A DNA stretch of 64,000 nt from Acidobacteriota bacterium (GTDB lineage: Bacteria > Acidobacteriota > UBA6911 > RPQK01 > JAJDTT01). The DNA is taken from positions 4,531,692-4,595,691 of the forward strand of contig OZ246889.1 in NCBI GenBank assembly GCA_965231825.1, given 5' to 3'. The notes below the pieces were generated by a model that did not search any database, was not told the DNA's origin, and was given only the letters and a program-made list of their open reading frames with translations. Shown piece by piece: positions 29,474 through 37,678 of the stretch (the first letter of the stretch is position 1; each line of letters begins with the position of its first letter). The position numbers and the translations under genes were made by a program.

Positions 29474-31154
29474 GACCGAGAAGAGATCGGATGTCCAAAG
29501 CGACCGCCGGATGCTCCGGGAGGCTCGCGCCCAGGGCCGGGGCCCCCTGCTGAAGACCTACGTCCGGCTCTCGGGTCCGGGCTGGCTCCAGAGCGCGCTG
29601 ACCCTGGGTGGTGGTTCTCTGGCAAGCGGCCTCTATCTGGGAACCCTCTCCGGATTCGCTCTCCTCTGGCTCCAACCGCTGGCGATGATCCTGGGCATCG
29701 TCATGTTGGGCGCCATCAGCTACGTCACCCTCTCCACCGGCGAGCGGCCCTTTCAGGCCATCAACCGGCACGTGAGCCCCCTCCTGGGATGGGCCTGGGC
29801 CATCGCCAGCCTCATGGCCAACATGGTCTGGTCCCTGCCCCAGTACAGCCTGGCCACCAGCGCGGTGCAGCAGAACCTGCTGCCGGAACTTCTGGGGGCC
29901 GACGGCCTCACCGGCGACCTGGGCGGCAAGGTGATCATCTGCGGCGTCATCCTCGCGGTCACCATCTCCATCACCTGGCTCTACGGCGAGGGCGGCTGGG
30001 GGGTGAAGCTGTACGAGGGGACGCTGAAGGTGGTGGTGGCTCTCATCGTCCTCTGCTTCTTCGGCGTGGTCGTGAAGATGACCCTCTCGCCGGGAGCCCT
30101 GAACTGGGGAGCCGTTCTCTCCGGGTTCGTCCCCGACCTGAGCGTGCTGATGCATCCGGCCGCCACCTACACTCCCTTCCTGGAGGCGGTGGGCGAGACC
30201 TCGCGGGAGTTCTGGAGCGGAAAGATCCTGGGAATGCAGCGCGACGTCATGATCAGCGCCAGCGCCACGGCGGTGGGGATCAACATGACCTTCCTGCTGG
30301 GCTATTCCCTACTGTCGCGCGGTTGGAACCGGGAGTTCCGGGGCCTGGCCATCTTCGATCTTTCCACCGGGATGCTCATCCCGTTCCTGCTGGCCACCAG
30401 TTGCGTGGTCATCGCCTCGGCGAGCCAGTTTCACACCCGTCCCGCGGCCGGCCTGGTCTCGGAGGCGGAGGGGCCGGCGCCGCCCGCCAAATTGGTGGCC
30501 GGCTACCAGGGCTTGTTGAGAGAGCGGATGGCGGCCACGAATCCGGAACTGTCTGCGGACGAGAGGAATCGGGCGGCGGAGCAGTTGCCGCAGGCGGACA
30601 AGGAGTTGGCCGCCATGCTGGTGAAGCGGGACGCCTTCAATCTGGCGGAGTCGCTGGAACCGCTCACCGGCGGCCTGTTCGCCCGGGTGGTTTTCGGCAT
30701 CGGCGTGGTGGGAATGGCCCTCTCCAGCATCGCCATCCTGATGCTGATCTCGGGGTTCGTGGTCTGCGAGATGCTGGGATTGGAACCCAAGGGCCGAGCT
30801 TATCGGCTGGGTTCCCTGGCCGCCGTGGTGGGCGTGCTGGGGCCCTTCTTCTGGAAGGATGCCCAGTTCTGGCTGGCGGTCCCCACGTCGGTCTTCGGGA
30901 TGGCGCTGCTGCCCATTGCATACATCTCGTTCTTCCTGCTCATGAACCAGCGGAAGCTCCTGGGCGAGAACCTGCCCCGGGGTGGCAAGCGAGTGGCCTG
31001 GAACGTGATGATGGCCCTGGCCACCGGGTTCGCCACGTTCGGCTGCGCCTACAGCATCTGGTCGCGGATCGGGGTTCCGGGACTGGTGGCGGCGGCGGGA
31101 TTTGTGCTGCTGGCGGTGTTGTTCCGGTTTCGGCGGAAGGGCGGTACGGCCTGA
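29472..31154 (+). CDS. NRAMP-family divalent metal transporter
   Basis: ORF track gives 29439..31154; ATG 29472 is preferred. GPGWLQSALTLGGGSLASGLY...MANMVWSLPQ are Nramp/MntH-like motifs. The protein is polytopic. Confidence 0.8.
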   Translation: MTEKRSDVQSDRRMLREARAQGRGPLLKTYVRLSGPGWLQSALTLGGGSLASGLYLGTLSGFALLWLQPLAMILGIVMLGAISYVTLSTGERPFQAINRHVSPLLGWAWAIASLMANMVWSLPQYSLATSAVQQNLLPELLGADGLTGDLGGKVIICGVILAVTISITWLYGEGGWGVKLYEGTLKVVVALIVLCFFGVVVKMTLSPGALNWGAVLSGFVPDLSVLMHPAATYTPFLEAVGETSREFWSGKILGMQRDVMISASATAVGINMTFLLGYSLLSRGWNREFRGLAIFDLSTGMLIPFLLATSCVVIASASQFHTRPAAGLVSEAEGPAPPAKLVAGYQGLLRERMAATNPELSADERNRAAEQLPQADKELAAMLVKRDAFNLAESLEPLTGGLFARVVFGIGVVGMALSSIAILMLISGFVVCEMLGLEPKGRAYRLGSLAAVVGVLGPFFWKDAQFWLAVPTSVFGMALLPIAYISFFLLMNQRKLLGENLPRGGKRVAWNVMMALATGFATFGCAYSIWSRIGVPGLVAAAGFVLLAVLFRFRRKGGTA

Positions 31155-31186
31155 GTGCGGAGCCTTTCTGGCCGTCCACGGTCGCA

Positions 31187-31215
31187 AGAGTCGGCGGTTG
31201 GAAACCGCCGCTCCC
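31187..31215. repeat. REP-like hairpin module (type B, single hairpin)
   Basis: AGAGT-CGGCGGTT-GGA-AACCGCCG-CTCCC lies 33 nt after the transporter stop. It has the same AGAGTC...GCTCCC frame as 32624-32679 and 34291-34349. Confidence 0.7.
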
Positions 31216-31260
31216 GTTACCACCCCACGGCGTAGCAATCACGTCGAGGATCGCTGCCGG

Positions 31261-31503
31261 CTAAGATACGGCGTCTTCAGAAACTGTCGGGACATCCGGA
31301 ACGGTCCTTCCGAAGGACTCCGTGGAAACGGCTAACGTGTCCTCGATCCGGTTGACGCGATCCTGCAGATTTCCGACCTGCGTCTCCAGGCTGGTGATTC
31401 TGACGCCCAAGCCCTATTCGATCTGTTTCTGGTGCGGGAACTGGCCCCTGATGACGACGGCCAGGTAAAAAAGTGCTCCAATGAGAATCAGGTGCCAGAT
31501 CAT
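31261..31503 (-). pseudogene. small TM + coiled-coil ORF interrupted by an in-frame TAG (31414-31416)
   Basis: Own translation gives MIWHLILIGALFYLAVVIRGQFPHQKQIE-TAG-GLGVRITSLETQVGNLQDRVNRIEDTLAVSTESFGRTVPDVPTVSEDAVS-TAG. Both pieces are under 60 aa, so they are not in the ORF track. Coding status is unproven. Confidence 0.3.
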
Positions 31504-31734
31504 GCCCCTATTCGTGAAGTGCCTCCGGTCCTGGGAAACCGGGCGGAGCCTCTATCCTGGTCCGTAACTCGGTTGATCTTCTTCATTAATCAGTGATGCA
31601 GAGGGATTGCTTCTGGCTGAATTGCTGGGCGAGATCGCGACTGTCCCCTTCTCCCTGTCCCCTTCTCCCGGTCTTGACGGCGGTCCCCAACTCGATCGTT
31701 AGGTTTTGTGCATACTTGCCGGCCGGATGGAGAT

Positions 31735-32160
31735 ATGGTGAGTGGAGAACAGCACCCGGTAGATCGACGCGAGTTTGAGGCGAGGCTGTCCGCCGTGTGT
31801 GGCGGCCGTGTGATGTTACTGCCACGGAAGCAGCGTGATCGCCACATTTTGTTTCGCGCAATTGCTCAGACACTTGAGAGCAGGAGTCCGTACTCAGAAC
31901 GAGAATTGAATCGTTCCCTTATCGAGTGGGTCGCGTCAATCGGCGTAGATGCATCCTTGGACTGTGTCTCGTTACGACGCTATCTTGTCGAATACGGATA
32001 CCTGCTCCGTGACAGAGCAGGGAGACTGTATACCGTCCGCATCAATGGGAATGAAACTGTCCGGTTTGATTCAGGAATAGAAGCTCTCGACGTTGTTGAC
32101 TTGATCTGGTCTTGCAAGACACGTGCAATTGCTCGAAAGCGGCGTTGGCTACGACCATAG
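31735..32160 (+). CDS. DUF2087 domain protein (putative transcriptional regulator)
   Basis: ORF 31708..32160; ATG 31735 is preferred. ERELNRSLIEWV...DCVSLRRYLVEYGYLLRDRAGRLY matches the DUF2087 consensus. GC is clearly lower than the flanks. Confidence 0.65.
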   Translation: MVSGEQHPVDRREFEARLSAVCGGRVMLLPRKQRDRHILFRAIAQTLESRSPYSERELNRSLIEWVASIGVDASLDCVSLRRYLVEYGYLLRDRAGRLYTVRINGNETVRFDSGIEALDVVDLIWSCKTRAIARKRRWLRP

Positions 32161-32623
32161 CGACGAGAACGTGAGAACGCGACTCTTCCCTTCTACTCGG
32201 GAATGGGGAGCGCTCGCGGCGGCGGGCAGGATACCCGATTTTCGAGCAAACCTCAGGTGCTGACTGGGGAGTGCGGCTGTAGATCGAAGCCAGAATCTTT
32301 CGTGAAGAAGAATATGGGAGTACTCCCTCAAAAGGAGGGTGGTTCCTCACGAACCATCGTTGAAAGATAGCCACCATACCCGGTGCCGCCGCGCAACACG
32401 CGTTCTGAACAGTCCCCGCTCTCCCGTGCCGAGCCGTCTGTCCGGACTCCCTGATTACTCCCGTTCCAGCAATCCTCCACTCAGCACGGAAATGCCGAAT
32501 CCGCGAACAATCATAGCCGCCCACAAGGCGATGTCCGTTCGTATAGCTGCCCGTGATGGCTCGGTTCCGGCAGAAGGACGGTACGACCTGAATTGGGAGG
32601 CTGTCTGGTCGCCCGCGAACGGA

Positions 32624-32679
32624 AGAGTCGGCGGCTGGAAACCGCCGTTCCCATTCGGCGGCCGGAGACCGCCGCTCCC
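32624..32679. repeat. REP-like two-hairpin module (type B)
   Basis: AGAGT-CGGCGG-CTGGAAA-CCGCCG-TTCCCATT-CGGCGG-CCGGAGA-CCGCCG-CTCCC lies 5 nt downstream of the minus-strand oxidoreductase stop. Confidence 0.75.
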
Positions 32680-32683
32680 GTGC

Positions 32684-34060
32684 TCACGCCTTCCGGAAAC
32701 GCCATCCGTACATGGTGCGGCCGTAGAAGTTGAACCACTTCATGGCTTCGGGGTCCTCGAACGGATAGTCGGCTCCCATCTGTCTTGCCGTCACGAGGCC
32801 GGTCACGAAACAGGTCTCCTGGCTGTTGATCAGGGTGTGCGCGCCGCAATGCCAGGTTCGCCTCCTGCCCTGAATGAAGCGAAACAATTGGGTGAGAAAG
32901 GTCACGTGGGGAACGTCGTGCACGATGTGCTGGAACCAATGCCTCTTGACGATCTTGTCCTCGTCGATCCGGCTGATGGGATTGTAGGTCACCAGGCAGG
33001 GCCGGTCCGACCGGTTCGCCCAGGGCTGCTGATTGTGCATGATGTACGTGATTTCGTAGTTGTCGGGTCTCACACCATACTGCTCGATGTGGTTGCTCCG
33101 GGTGGCGAGCGGCTTCACCTCGCTGTCCGGGAGAACCGAGGCATCCGAGTGGACGACCGTATGGTTGTGCAGTTCACTCTCGTAACGGATCGACGAGAGA
33201 AGACAGCTCTCCAGGAAGGTCGGTTTATCCAATAGCATCAGCGTCTGATTCGCGTTGCAGGCGAAAACCACGTCGTCAAACGTCTCAGTTCTTCCGTCTT
33301 CGTCCTCGACGACGACTTCGGATGGACGCCGGTGCACTTTGCGAACCGGGCGGGAAAGATAGATCTTGTCCTGAAAACCGGCGGTCAGGGCTTGGTAGAT
33401 GCGCCGCGTGCCCCGGTCCCAGGTCTGCATCGGCGTGGCGGTTTCAATGTCGAAGAACTCCAGATACCGGCAAAACAGGGACGCCGGCATGTCGAACACG
33501 TTGGTGGCCATCAGGAAGTTGACGAACATGGGCTTCAGGATCTTGTAACGGAAATCTCCGGAAAACCGGCCCAAGTTGAGAACCGTACCCATGCTGACGT
33601 AGTTGAACGGATTGAGAGCATTGAGCAACAGGGACGTGGATCGGTTGAGCCGGCCGAACCACTTCAGACGCCTCAGGAGCATCTGGAATTTCCTGATTTC
33701 CGGCTGCAACTCCCTCCTGATGTCCGAGTCGAAATCGTGGGCATAGACGCCGCCACGGTACTTCACGCTGTAGCTGAACCGGGTATCGACCAGGTCGATG
33801 CCGTGTTGCTGCATGAACAGGCAAAGATGGTGGTATACGGAGGGAATGCACGCGGTGACGGAGATATCGAACGGAATCTTGGTGCCGTCGTCTTGCGGCA
33901 TGTCGGCCGTGATGGCGTTGCCGCCGATGGAGGCCTGCGCTTCGAAAAGCCGGAAATCGAAGCGTTCGGGGTGTTGGTGCAGCGCCCAGGCCGCACCGAG
34001 TCCCGAGACACCTGCACCGACAATGGCAATCCTTCTCGGCATCGCCGCATCTCGCTTCAT
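32684..34060 (-). CDS. NAD(P)/FAD-dependent oxidoreductase (amine-oxidase-like, COG2907-type)
   Basis: 458-aa ORF with the dinucleotide-binding motif RIAIVGAGVSGLGAA...FEA...GGN. Alternative start at M7. Confidence 0.8.
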   Translation of the reverse strand: MKRDAAMPRRIAIVGAGVSGLGAAWALHQHPERFDFRLFEAQASIGGNAITADMPQDDGTKIPFDISVTACIPSVYHHLCLFMQQHGIDLVDTRFSYSVKYRGGVYAHDFDSDIRRELQPEIRKFQMLLRRLKWFGRLNRSTSLLLNALNPFNYVSMGTVLNLGRFSGDFRYKILKPMFVNFLMATNVFDMPASLFCRYLEFFDIETATPMQTWDRGTRRIYQALTAGFQDKIYLSRPVRKVHRRPSEVVVEDEDGRTETFDDVVFACNANQTLMLLDKPTFLESCLLSSIRYESELHNHTVVHSDASVLPDSEVKPLATRSNHIEQYGVRPDNYEITYIMHNQQPWANRSDRPCLVTYNPISRIDEDKIVKRHWFQHIVHDVPHVTFLTQLFRFIQGRRRTWHCGAHTLINSQETCFVTGLVTARQMGADYPFEDPEAMKWFNFYGRTMYGWRFRKA

Positions 34061-34290
34061 TTGCGCGACCAGACACTTGAGAAAGTCTGATCGGAAAGCC
34101 CGGTTACATGGCCGCTGTGGAGAGAACCAATAGCGAACAGGACTGACCTTTTTCCTCGGCTACTTCTCTGCAACGTTGCGTGGTCGTCAACGAAAAGAGA
34201 GCAATATTGTCTACTTATAGTAAATTCTTTACCGTCCACAGACAATCCGACTCCAAAGGAAAGGTGATTTGCCGGTCGTCAGTGCTCGTA

Positions 34291-34349
34291 AGAGTCGGCG
34301 ACAAGAAAGTCGCCTTTCCCATTCGGCGGCAAGAAAGCCGCCGCTCCCC
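34291..34349. repeat. REP-like two-hairpin module (type B)
   Basis: AGAGT-CGGCGAC-AAGAAA-GTCGCC-TTTCCCATT-CGGCGGC-AAGAAA-GCCGCCG-CTCCCC lies 14 nt downstream of the ggt stop (minus strand). It is collinear with 32624-32679. Confidence 0.75.
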
Positions 34350-34362
34350 GTCGATGCTTCCG

Positions 34363-36159
34363 TTACCAACCCAGGGCGTAGCAGGCGCGGCGGGGGTCGG
34401 CTCCGGTGGCCAGGATGCCGGTGGCGGGATCGCGCCAGGTGATGGTGGCTCCCATTCCACAGACGAGAGACGGCACCACCTTGTGGCCCAAGCGCTCCAG
34501 CTCCCGCCGGGTGGACTCGGGGAAGGCCTCCTCCAGGGAGAGTTGTCCCGGGAAGTAGACGTGGGGGTAGAAGGAGTTGCGGAAGCTGTCACTCCCAAAG
34601 CGGGGCGCCTCGATGGCTTCCTGGATGTTCATCCCGAAGACCAGCACGTTGAGCAGGAGCTGGATGTTGGCCTGGGTCTGATGGTCGCCGCCGGGACAGC
34701 CCACGGTCATGACCGGTTGCCCGTCCTTCACCACCAAATAGCCGACCAGGGTGGTCCGGGGCCGTTTCCCCGGCTCCAGGCAATTGGGGTGGTCCGGCTT
34801 CAGGAAGAACATCTCGCTGCGGGTGCTCAGGGCGCAGCCGATCTCGGGGAAGAAGACCGCCTTGGCGAAGGACGCGCCGCTGGGGGTGGCGCACACCAGG
34901 TTGCCCTGATGGTCCACCACGGCGATGTGGGTCGTCCCCTGGTCCGCGTGCGTGGGACCCGGGAGGTCTGACGGAGGCGGCGCTTCGGGAGCCGGACGTT
35001 TCAGGGGTTCCCGGGAGTGCTTCCAGGGATCGCCGGGGGGCGGCACATCGGGATGCGCCTTGCCGGGATCGACGAAACGGACCCGCTCCGCCGCGTACTC
35101 CTTGGAGAGGAGTCCGTCCAGGGGGACTTGGGCGAAATCGGGGTCGCCGTAGAACGCTTCCCGGTCGGCGATGGCCAGCTTCAGAGCCTCCACCACGGTG
35201 TGGACGTAAGCCGGGGAGTTGTGGCCCATGGCCCGGAGGTCGAAGTGCTCCAGGAGATTCAAGGTCTGCAGCAGGACCGGGGCCTGGGTCCAGGTCCTCT
35301 GGCAGCAGATCTCGTGCCCGCGGTAACGGGTGCGCGCCGGCTCCTCGAACTTGGCCCGGTAGCCGGCCAGGTCCTCGGCGCTGAGAATCCCTCCGACACT
35401 GCGGGCGCATTCCACCATCGTGCGGGCCAGGTCTCCTCGGTAGAAATCTCGGCGGGCGGCCCGGATGCCCTCGATCCGATCCCTTGATCCCCCCGCGTCA
35501 CAGGCGGCCAGCCGCCGGAGCGTTCGAGCCAAGCCGGGTTGAACCAGGAGTGAACCGGGACGGGGGAGTTCTCCGTTCTCGTAGAAGATCTCGTTGCCAC
35601 CGGGCGGGTACTGGTCGAACTGCTCCCGGGTGGCCTGGGAGTCCAGAGCTTCGATCATGTACTCGTAGTGGGGAAATCCGGCCTGAGCCAGGTGAATGGC
35701 CGGCTCCAGGACCTGGGACAGGGGGAGGGTCCCGTAGCGCTCCAAAAGGGTCAGGTACCCGTCCACCGCGCCTGGGACCGTGAAGGAGAGATGGGCCAAG
35801 GGTCCGGGACCGGTTGGGATTTCGTCCAGCCCCTGCCCGTGGAAGAAGTCCAACGTGGCTTTCCCGGGAGCCGTTCCCTGACCGCTCAGGGAGAGCAGAT
35901 CGCCGCTCTCGGCGTCGTAGAGCATGAAGACCGACTCGGCCGCCAGCGAGTACGAAGCGACCGGTTCGGTCACCGCTGCCGCGAACCCGGCCGCCACCAA
36001 CGCGTCGAAGGCGTTGCCGCCCCCCAGCAGCATGCCCATCCCGGCCATGGAGGTCAGGTAGTGGCCGCTGGAGATGACTCCCTGGGTGGCGTAGATCACC
36101 GGCCGCCCGGTGGGGGGACGGCCGCTGGCGTCGGTCTGGGACGGGATCGGTCGAACCAT
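34363..36159 (-). CDS. ggt: gamma-glutamyltransferase family protein
   Basis: 598-aa ORF with ATG at 36159 and GAGGAAG upstream. The autoprocessing/nucleophile region is GTTHIAVVDHQGNLV. Confidence 0.9.
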   Translation of the reverse strand: MVRPIPSQTDASGRPPTGRPVIYATQGVISSGHYLTSMAGMGMLLGGGNAFDALVAAGFAAAVTEPVASYSLAAESVFMLYDAESGDLLSLSGQGTAPGKATLDFFHGQGLDEIPTGPGPLAHLSFTVPGAVDGYLTLLERYGTLPLSQVLEPAIHLAQAGFPHYEYMIEALDSQATREQFDQYPPGGNEIFYENGELPRPGSLLVQPGLARTLRRLAACDAGGSRDRIEGIRAARRDFYRGDLARTMVECARSVGGILSAEDLAGYRAKFEEPARTRYRGHEICCQRTWTQAPVLLQTLNLLEHFDLRAMGHNSPAYVHTVVEALKLAIADREAFYGDPDFAQVPLDGLLSKEYAAERVRFVDPGKAHPDVPPPGDPWKHSREPLKRPAPEAPPPSDLPGPTHADQGTTHIAVVDHQGNLVCATPSGASFAKAVFFPEIGCALSTRSEMFFLKPDHPNCLEPGKRPRTTLVGYLVVKDGQPVMTVGCPGGDHQTQANIQLLLNVLVFGMNIQEAIEAPRFGSDSFRNSFYPHVYFPGQLSLEEAFPESTRRELERLGHKVVPSLVCGMGATITWRDPATGILATGADPRRACYALGW

Positions 36160-36204
36160 GTCGGCTTCCTCAGATTTTGTCGGGAACTTCCAACCCGTCG
36201 ACAG

Positions 36205-37671
36205 TCAGGCCAGGATCGGGTCCACCACCTCGCCGTGGACGTCGGTGAGCCGGAAGTGGCGTCCCTGGTACTTGTAGGTCAGCTTTGTATGGTCGATACC
36301 CAGGCAGTGGAGAAGGGTGGCCTGCAGGTCGTGGACGTGGACCGGGTCCTGGGTGATGTTGTAGGAGAACTCGTCCGTCTCCCCCAGGACCACGCCCGGA
36401 CGGATGCCGCCGCCGGTCATCCAGATGGTGAAGCACCGGGGGTGATGGTCGCGGCCGTAGTCGGACTCGGTGAGCGGTCCCTGGCAGTAGACGGTGCGCC
36501 CGAACTCACCTCCCCAGACCACGAGCGTGTCCTCCAGCATTCCCCTCTGCTTCAGGTCCTGCACCAGCGCGGCCGAGGCCTGGTCGGTGGCCTTGCACTG
36601 CCGCGGGAGAGCCGTGGGCAGCTTGCCGTGCTGATCCCAGCCCCGGTGGAAGACCTGGATGAAGCGGACTCCCCGCTCGGCCAGGCGCCGGGCCAGCAGG
36701 CAGTTGGAGGCGAAGGTCCCCGGCTTCCGGGCGTCCTCGCCGTAGAGCTGGAAGATGTGATCCGGCTCTCCGGACAGGTCGGTGAGCTCGGGGACGGAGG
36801 ACTGCATCCGGAAGGCCATTTCGTATTGCGAGATCCGGGCCGAAATCTCGGGGTCGCCCGACTCCTCCAGCTTGATCCGGTTCAAGCGGTTCAGGGCATC
36901 CAGAAAATGCCGGCGGCTCTCCCGTCCGAAGCCCTTGGGATCGGAGAGGTAGAGGACCGGATCTCCCACCGAACGGAACTTGACCCCCTGGTAGCGGCTG
37001 GGCAGAAAGCCGCTGCCCCAGAGGCGGTCGTAGAGGGGCTGGCCGCCGGTCCCTTGCGTGACCATGACCACGAACGCCGGCAGGTTGCTGTTCTCGTTGC
37101 CCAGGCCGTAGGCCAACCAGGAGCCCAGACTGGGACGCCCGGCGATCTGCGCGCCGGTGAGGAGAAAGGTGACGGCCGGATCGTGATTGATGGCCTCGGT
37201 ATGCATGGAGCGGATGAAGCAGAGGTCGTCGGCGATTTCGGCGGTCCGGGGCAGGAGCTCGCTGATCCAGGCTCCCGACTGGCCGTGCCGGGCAAATTCG
37301 TAGATGGACGGCGCCACGGGAAAACTGCCCTGCTCGGAGGTCATGCTCGTGAGGCGCTGTCCCTGACGGATGGACTCGGGCAGTTCCTCGCCGCGGCGCG
37401 GCGCCAGGGCCGGCTTGTAGTCGAACAGGTCCATCTGGGAGGGACCTCCCGACTGGAACAGCCAGATCACCCGCTTGGCCGTGGGGGCGAAATGAGGCAG
37501 GGGCGGGACTCCGGGCAAAGCCGCTGATCCCGTCCCGTCTACGGCGGTCTTTGCAGCCTGAAGGTCGTCCTGGAGCAGCGAGCCCAGGGCGGCGGTCCCG
37601 ATCCCGGCGGCCGTGGCGCCGAAGAAGTGGCGCCGGGTCTGCATCAGTCGATATCGGTTCCAGGGATTCAT
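36205..37671 (-). CDS. DUF1501 domain protein (sulfatase-fold, Tat-exported)
   Basis: 488-aa ORF with twin-arginine signal [14 protein letters not shown]. It forms the canonical pairing with the upstream PSCyt/DUF1553 gene. Confidence 0.85.
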   Translation of the reverse strand: MNPWNRYRLMQTRRHFFGATAAGIGTAALGSLLQDDLQAAKTAVDGTGSAALPGVPPLPHFAPTAKRVIWLFQSGGPSQMDLFDYKPALAPRRGEELPESIRQGQRLTSMTSEQGSFPVAPSIYEFARHGQSGAWISELLPRTAEIADDLCFIRSMHTEAINHDPAVTFLLTGAQIAGRPSLGSWLAYGLGNENSNLPAFVVMVTQGTGGQPLYDRLWGSGFLPSRYQGVKFRSVGDPVLYLSDPKGFGRESRRHFLDALNRLNRIKLEESGDPEISARISQYEMAFRMQSSVPELTDLSGEPDHIFQLYGEDARKPGTFASNCLLARRLAERGVRFIQVFHRGWDQHGKLPTALPRQCKATDQASAALVQDLKQRGMLEDTLVVWGGEFGRTVYCQGPLTESDYGRDHHPRCFTIWMTGGGIRPGVVLGETDEFSYNITQDPVHVHDLQATLLHCLGIDHTKLTYKYQGRHFRLTDVHGEVVDPILA

Positions 37672-37678
37672 GGCGGCG

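Noticed and set aside
29471-29474. Palindromic TCATGA giving overlapping divergent ATG starts for the PmoA-like and NRAMP genes
   Set aside because: This is probably a coincidence of ORF extension. At least one gene likely starts further inside, and no promoter space would remain otherwise. It is not treated as a feature.
32161-32620. 460-bp gap after the DUF2087 gene, examined for an RNA gene or transposase remnant
   Set aside because: I could recognise no conserved RNA motifs, inverted terminal repeats or protein-like frames by eye. It is left unannotated and mentioned only as part of the low-GC islet.
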